32,000 nt of DNA from an uncultured Tissierellaceae bacterium (lineage in GTDB: Bacteria > Bacillota > Clostridia > Tissierellales > Tissierellaceae), in contig CAZMMV010000002.1 of NCBI GenBank assembly GCA_964567475.1, positions 21,117-53,116 of the forward strand, read 5' to 3'. The stretch's first letter is position 1, and every line of letters begins with the position of its first letter. This document shows positions 27,046-32,000 of this stretch, in pieces. The position numbers were made by a program, and so were the translations under genes. Under the pieces are notes generated by a model. The model ran no database searches and had not been told where the DNA came from. It worked only from the letters and a program-made list of their open reading frames with translations.

Positions 27046-28935
27046 CTATCTTTTAATTATTGCTCCTACTGGACATGATTCCATACAAGTACCACATTTT
27101 ATACATGCTGAAGTATCTATTACATGTCTTTCTTTTACTTTTCCATCTATACAAGAAACTGGACAATTTTTAGCACATTTTGTACATCCTATACATTTAT
27201 CTGTAATATAATATTCTAAGAGTTTTTGACATGTTCCTGCTGGACATTTTTTATCTTTTATATGAGCTTCATATTCATCTCTAAAATATTTTATAGTACT
27301 AGTTACTGGATTTGAAGCAGTTTGTCCCAATCCACAAAGTGATGCAGAACTTATTGTTTCGGCTAAGGATTCCATTCTTTCTATGTCTCCCTCTTCACCT
27401 TTTCCTTCTGTTATTCTTTCTAACATTTCTAACATTCTTTTAGTTCCTTCTCTACATGGTACACATTTCCCACAAGATTCTTCTACTGTAAAATCTAAAA
27501 AGAATCTAGCTATATCAACCATACAGTTATCTTCATCCATTACTACTAGTCCACCTGAACCCATTATAGAACCCAAGGATTTTAGAGATTCATAATCTAC
27601 AGGAGTATCTAAATGTTCTTCTGGTATACATCCACCTGATGGTCCACCTGTTTGTATTGCTTTGAATTTCTTTCCATTAGGTATTCCTCCACCAATATCA
27701 TATATAATTTCTCTCAAGGTAACTCCCATTGGAATTTCAATTAAACCTGTATTTACAATCTTACCACCTAAAGCGAAAACCTTTGTTCCTGGTGATTTTT
27801 CTGTTCCTATACTCCTAAACCAATCTGATCCTTTTTGAAATATAATTGGTATATTTGCTAATGTTTCTACATTATTTATAATAGTCGGTTTACCCCATAA
27901 TCCTTTGTGAGCAGTTCTATTAATCTTAACCCTTGGCATACCTCTCTTGCCTTCTATAGACTCCATAAGTGCTGTTCCTTCTCCACATACAAAGGCACCT
28001 GCACCAAGTCTAAGCTCTATATCAAAACTAAAATCTGTTCCAAATATATTTTCTCCTAAAATTCCGTATTCTTTTGCTTGGTCTATAGCTACTTTCAATC
28101 TATTGACAGCTATTGGATATTCTGCTCTAACATAAACAAATCCTTTACTAGCTCCTACTGCATATCCTGCTATAGCCATAGCTTCTAACACTGAGTTAGG
28201 GTCACCTTCTAATATACTTCTATCCATGAATGCACCTGGATCTCCCTCATCTGCATTACAGATTATATATTTCTGATCTGCATCATATTTATATGCAGTT
28301 TCCCATTTTCGTCCTGTGGGAAAACCTGCTCCTCCTCTACCTCTTAGGTTAGAATCCTTCATAACTTGAATAACTTCAGCTGGACTCATTTCTGTAACTA
28401 TTTTACCCAAGGCCTCATAACCATCCAAAGCTATGTATTCTTCAATATCTTCTGGAGCTATGATTCCACAATTCCTTAGGGCAACTCTAGTTTGTTTTTT
28501 ATAAAAATTAACCTCTGTAACTGGTTTTATTTTACCATCTACTAATGATTCCTTAAATAATCTTCTCTTTACTATATTTCCTTTTATTATATGTTCTTTT
28601 ATTATTTCATCAACATCACCTAATTCAACATGGCTATAGAATACTCCCTCAGGATAAACTACAACATTGGGTCCTGACTCACATAAACCAAAACATCCTG
28701 TAAATATTACTTTAACATCATCTTCTAGGCCATTTTCTTTTACCTTTTCTTCTAATAAAGCTTTTATTTCATCTCCATTAGAAGAGTGACATCCTGTACC
28801 ACCACAAACTAAAATATGATATTTTTTATGCTCTTCTTTTTCATCTATATATTTCTTATCTATACCTAATTGGCGTAGTTTCATTTTACCTATTGCTCTA
28901 TCTTTTATCTCTCTTAATTCTTTTACTGTGATCAC
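27046..28935 (-). CDS. nuoF: NuoF-like NAD(H)/FMN subunit with N-terminal thioredoxin-like 2Fe-2S and C-terminal 2x[4Fe-4S] (HylB/HydB/HndC-like)
   Basis: GRGGAGFPTGRKWE (FMN site), CNADEGDPGAF (NADH site), ESCGKCVPCREG, and C-terminal CIGCTKCAKNCP and CIKCGTCMESCP. GTG start at 28935. Confidence 0.9.
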   Translation of the reverse strand: MITVKELREIKDRAIGKMKLRQLGIDKKYIDEKEEHKKYHILVCGGTGCHSSNGDEIKALLEEKVKENGLEDDVKVIFTGCFGLCESGPNVVVYPEGVFYSHVELGDVDEIIKEHIIKGNIVKRRLFKESLVDGKIKPVTEVNFYKKQTRVALRNCGIIAPEDIEEYIALDGYEALGKIVTEMSPAEVIQVMKDSNLRGRGGAGFPTGRKWETAYKYDADQKYIICNADEGDPGAFMDRSILEGDPNSVLEAMAIAGYAVGASKGFVYVRAEYPIAVNRLKVAIDQAKEYGILGENIFGTDFSFDIELRLGAGAFVCGEGTALMESIEGKRGMPRVKINRTAHKGLWGKPTIINNVETLANIPIIFQKGSDWFRSIGTEKSPGTKVFALGGKIVNTGLIEIPMGVTLREIIYDIGGGIPNGKKFKAIQTGGPSGGCIPEEHLDTPVDYESLKSLGSIMGSGGLVVMDEDNCMVDIARFFLDFTVEESCGKCVPCREGTKRMLEMLERITEGKGEEGDIERMESLAETISSASLCGLGQTASNPVTSTIKYFRDEYEAHIKDKKCPAGTCQKLLEYYITDKCIGCTKCAKNCPVSCIDGKVKERHVIDTSACIKCGTCMESCPVGAIIKR

Positions 28936-28950
28936 ATTACCGCCCCCATA

Positions 28951-29436
28951 TTATCTATATTGTTCTATTATTCCTTTAATATCTTCAGGTTTCAATCTTC
29001 CGTATACATGATCATTAACTACTAAAACTGGAGCTAATCCACAGGCTCCCAGACATCTAGTTGCGGAAAGAGAAAACTTCATATCCGGAGTAGTTTCATC
29101 TACTCCTATTCCTAATTCCTTGATAACTTCATTTAATATTTCTTGACCACCTCTTACATAACAGGCCGTACCTAAACAAACTCCTATTTTAAATTCACCC
29201 TTAGGTATCAATGAAAACTGAGAATAAAAAGTAGCTACTCCATAAACTTCAGATATAGGAATCTTTAAATCTTTAGATATTATTTTTAGCACTTCCTTAG
29301 GCAAGTATCCAAATTGATTTTGAGCCTCTTGCAATACCGGCATTAAAGCACCTTGTTTTTCCTTGTTATCTTCTATAAAGATTTTAAATTCCTCAAGTTT
29401 TTCTTTGTTTTCTTCTAAATCAAACTTAAATTCCAT
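28951..29436 (-). CDS. nuoE: NuoE-like 2Fe-2S subunit (HylC/HydC/HndA-like)
   Basis: CLGTACYVRG...CLGACGLAPV thioredoxin-like 2Fe-2S motif. AAGGAGGAG RBS. Confidence 0.9.
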   Translation of the reverse strand: MEFKFDLEENKEKLEEFKIFIEDNKEKQGALMPVLQEAQNQFGYLPKEVLKIISKDLKIPISEVYGVATFYSQFSLIPKGEFKIGVCLGTACYVRGGQEILNEVIKELGIGVDETTPDMKFSLSATRCLGACGLAPVLVVNDHVYGRLKPEDIKGIIEQYR

Positions 29437-29690
29437 TTTGCTCCTCCTTTATACAATAAAACAAATTACAAAATATATGAGCTGATAACAAGTCTATTTA
29501 TATTTAAATTAAGATTATTATAGCCTTATTTTATAATAGATTTTTCTATATTTACTTATAAATTTATTATTTTGAATTTTCTTATAATCACTAACATTTT
29601 ATTATATTAACTATACTTTGTCAATTATTCCGACTATAATATACCTATATATGTTATAGTTAATTTTACTAATTAAAATGGAGGTGAATT

Positions 29691-29990
29691 ATGGATTTAT
29701 TATTACATTATAACACTAAGGAAATTCTTTTACTAAGTTATTTATTTGTAATCAATATAATTTCATTTATATTATTTGCTATTGATAAAAGAAGAGCTAA
29801 AAGAAAAGAGTGGAGAATTAGTGAAAGTGCCTTATTAATTTCTTCATTTATAGGGGGATCAACTGGTGCTCTTATTTCTATGGTTATCTTCAAACATAAA
29901 TTATCTAAGAAAAGGTTTTATATACTTGTTCCTATTTTCATCGTATTTAATAAGCTAATTACAATATGGATATTTAGTATGGTCAAATAA
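29691..29990 (+). CDS. DUF1294-family small membrane protein
   Basis: AIDKRRAKRKEWRISE...GGSTGALISMVIFKHKLSKKRF matches the DUF1294 signature. GGAGG RBS. Confidence 0.75.
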   Translation: MDLLLHYNTKEILLLSYLFVINIISFILFAIDKRRAKRKEWRISESALLISSFIGGSTGALISMVIFKHKLSKKRFYILVPIFIVFNKLITIWIFSMVK

Positions 29991-30009
29991 TTGAATTATA
30001 AAAGATAAA

Positions 30010-30037
30010 ATGGAAACTTTAATATTAAAGTTTCCAT
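30010..30037. terminator. 28-bp perfect palindrome / hairpin downstream of the DUF1294 gene
   Basis: ATGGAAACTTTAAT|ATTAAAGTTTCCAT. The T-run follows the hairpin only on the minus-strand reading, so its terminator function for the + gene is uncertain. Confidence 0.4.
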
Positions 30038-30141
30038 TCAACTGATGATCAATCTTACAAATCTATTATAGAAAATTTCATTGATACAGTGTTATTTTCC
30101 ACTATTATGGGGTAAAATTATAAGTAAAATAACTATATGGA

Positions 30142-30708
30142 GTGAATGATTTGGAATCTATTGAAATAATGGTAAAAGAACATGAAAATATAAGAAGAAT
30201 TCTTAAAGTTACTAGAAATGTTTGTTATAGACTTATGACTAAGGGTGATTATGATTTAAATGATTTCCCTAGGATTATTGACTTTATAAGGACATATGCA
30301 GATAAGCATCATCACGGGAAAGAAGAAGATATCCTCTTTAAAACTATGAAGTCAGAACTAGAAGCACTTGCAAAATCTGGTGCAATAACTGGTATGTATA
30401 TAGAACATGATCAAGGAAGACTTTTTATACTCAATCTGGAAAAAGCTTTAAAAGAATTTGAAAACGGTAATGATCAAGCAAGAATGGACATAATAGCAAA
30501 TGCAATTGCCTATACTGATTTATTAGATAGACATATACAAAAGGAAAATACAGCTTTATATAAGTTTGCTGAGAGGATGCTTAGTAGGGAAAGTAAAACT
30601 TTCATAAATGAAGAATCTAAAAAAGTAGAGGATGTAGCAAGTGATTCTGGACTGCAAGATAAATATATCTCTTTACTTGAAGAACTTGAAGATAAATATT
30701 TAAAATAA
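30142..30708 (+). CDS. hemerythrin (HHE cation-binding) domain protein
   Basis: KHHHGKEEDILF, IEHDQGR and DRHIQKENTALY histidine/glutamate motifs. The start is uncertain: GTG 30142 abuts the GGAG, TTG 30151 has better spacing, and ATG 30169 is also possible. Confidence 0.75.
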   Translation: MNDLESIEIMVKEHENIRRILKVTRNVCYRLMTKGDYDLNDFPRIIDFIRTYADKHHHGKEEDILFKTMKSELEALAKSGAITGMYIEHDQGRLFILNLEKALKEFENGNDQARMDIIANAIAYTDLLDRHIQKENTALYKFAERMLSRESKTFINEESKKVEDVASDSGLQDKYISLLEELEDKYLK

Positions 30709-30756
30709 TACAAAAACAATATGCACTTACGGCTCCTAAATTTGGAGTGCCTATCA

Positions 30757-30969
30757 TTATTTATTTACTGATTCTACAACACTTTTCCTCCAATCATAAT
30801 AAGAGATAAAAAGATCTTCTCCTTCCACATATCCCATCTTATTTAATATTTCAACAAAAGGCCTATAAATATCTTCAGCCAATCCAAAAGATAAGTCTCC
30901 AGTTCCACTTATTATATCATCCCCCATAGAAGCAAAAAGTCCTGGTATAAAAATAATAGGATAATTCAT
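30757..30969 (-). pseudogene. 5' fragment of an alpha/beta-hydrolase lipase (LCAT/PGAP1-like) gene
   Basis: MNYPIIFIPGLFAS...ISYYDWRKS is the N-terminal ~70 aa of this lipase family. The ORF stops before the GxSxG nucleophile, and only 48 nt remain before the convergent hemerythrin gene. Confidence 0.5.
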
Positions 30970-31057
30970 TATAATTCCACCCTTCATTTTTATACCAGGA
31001 TATTCAATAAGTTTATCTTAGTGATTAAATTTCATTAATTTTATTAATTCTTTTAGT

Positions 31058-31735
31058 CTATATATCTTCTATTTGCCAATCAATAGGATCTTTTCCTATT
31101 GATTCTAAAAAATCATTAGTCTTAGAAAAAGGTTTAGATCCAAAAAAACCTCTGCTAGCTGCTAATGGACTTGGATGCACTGACTTTATAATATGATGTT
31201 GAGGGTTTGTTATAAGACTTTCTTTCTTCTTAGAATTATTTCCCCAAAGAATAAACACAATAGGATCTTCCCTATCATTTAATAACCTTATTATATAATC
31301 TGTAAATATCTCCCATCCAATTTTTCTATGGGAATTTGCTTCCCCGGCTCTTACAGTTAATGATGTATTTAATAAAAGAACTCCTTCTTCTGCCCATTTT
31401 GTTAATGTTCCATTATTAGGTATTTTACATCCTAAATCAGTATTTAATTCCTTGTAGATATTTCTTAAAGAAGGTGGTATTTTAACCCCAGGTTTTACAG
31501 AAAATGCTAGACCATAAGCCTGATTGGGACCATGATAAGGATCTTGACCAAAAATAACTACCTTTACATCCTTATATGCAGTTAAATGCAATGCATTAAA
31601 TATATTATCCATCTCTGGATATATTGTTTTTCTACTATACTCTTCTATTAAATATTCCTTAAGGTTTAAGTAATATTCCTTTTCCATTTCATCTTGTAAT
31701 AATTCTTGCCAATCATTTTTAAATATCTTTTCCAT
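31058..31735 (-). CDS. ung: uracil-DNA glycosylase (family 1)
   Basis: [22 protein letters not shown] and [11 protein letters not shown] motifs. Confidence 0.95.
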   Translation of the reverse strand: MEKIFKNDWQELLQDEMEKEYYLNLKEYLIEEYSRKTIYPEMDNIFNALHLTAYKDVKVVIFGQDPYHGPNQAYGLAFSVKPGVKIPPSLRNIYKELNTDLGCKIPNNGTLTKWAEEGVLLLNTSLTVRAGEANSHRKIGWEIFTDYIIRLLNDREDPIVFILWGNNSKKKESLITNPQHHIIKSVHPSPLAASRGFFGSKPFSKTNDFLESIGKDPIDWQIEDI

Positions 31736-31776
31736 TTCTTCAACTCCTATTTCCTAAGATATACTATTTGTAAATA

Positions 31777-32000
31777 TTATCCCCACCATGCAATCATAAT
31801 AAAAAAAGACCACGAAGATATAATAAATCCTACTAACATATTAACACTTAGATATATATCAAGTCCTTTATCCTTATTCTTTGCCATCTTAGTAAATTTA
31901 TATATTAATATCTGAGGAATTAAAAATAAAAGCATACTTATAATTGTTATTCCCGTCAGAAAATATATAAGATCTATTTTTGTTATATTATAAAATACAA
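31777..32000 (-). CDS. hypothetical membrane protein, C-terminal part (continues beyond window edge)
   Basis: The frame is open from the window edge to a TAA at 31779-31777. The translation ...LTGITIISMLLFLIPQILIYKF...VNMLVGFIISSWSFFIMIAWWG has two hydrophobic helices. It lies 41 nt upstream of ung and is not in the ORF track. Confidence 0.35.
   Translation of the reverse strand, partial: VFYNITKIDLIYFLTGITIISMLLFLIPQILIYKFTKMAKNKDKGLDIYLSVNMLVGFIISSWSFFIMIAWWG

Noticed and set aside
1-32000. Scanned for CRISPR arrays, IS or transposon ends, integrases, toxin-antitoxin pairs, restriction-modification genes and other defence-island signatures.
   Set aside because: None found. No spaced direct-repeat arrays, no recombinase or nuclease-like ORFs, and no compositional break that I can see. 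The window looks like core chromosome.

Overview
This is a low-GC (about 30% by eye), densely coding chromosomal segment of Firmicutes/Clostridia type. It holds roughly 33 genes, mostly on the minus strand. I see no rRNA, tRNA, CRISPR array, transposase, integrase, phage or recognisable defence genes. Content from left to right: (1) A minus-strand cluster of S66 LD-carboxypeptidase, M19 dipeptidase, sigma-54 enhancer-binding protein, M20D amidohydrolase and a decayed lysA, headed by a textbook -24/-12 sigma-54 promoter at 6716-6732. (2) A split DUF318/COG0701-type permease, one half fused to a ferredoxin domain, divergent from a Crp/Fnr regulator with a GTAAC-N4-GTTAC operator between them. 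(3) Housekeeping and stress genes: PatB/MalY-type C-S lyase, flavodiiron protein, hflK-hflC, an FNR-type regulator, a lipoprotein, threonine aldolase and a DEAD-box helicase. (4) A large formate dehydrogenase locus. It contains mobB, a ferritin-like diiron protein and a selenocysteine-containing fdhA (in-frame TGA at 20431 plus a SECIS-like hairpin). Convergent with these are moaC, moaA and moeA, and an operon NuoE-like, NuoF-like, NuoG-N-terminal-like, mog, mobA (a Hyl/Hnd-type flavin electron-bifurcation module co-transcribed with Moco genes). (5) DUF1294, a hemerythrin-like protein, a lipase gene fragment, ung and a partial membrane protein. The non-coding highlights are a 45-bp perfect palindrome present three times at gene 3' ends, an orphan promoter-terminator unit upstream of mobB, and a (TA)7 tract inside the fdh promoter spacer. 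Overall this looks like core metabolism, not an accessory island. The most system-like candidate for novelty is the sigma-54/EBP-controlled peptidase and DAP cluster, a putative peptidoglycan stem-peptide catabolic operon. The formate dehydrogenase/Hyl/Moco supercluster and the palindromic repeat family come next. All functional calls rest on motif-level reading of the translations, and no database searches were run.
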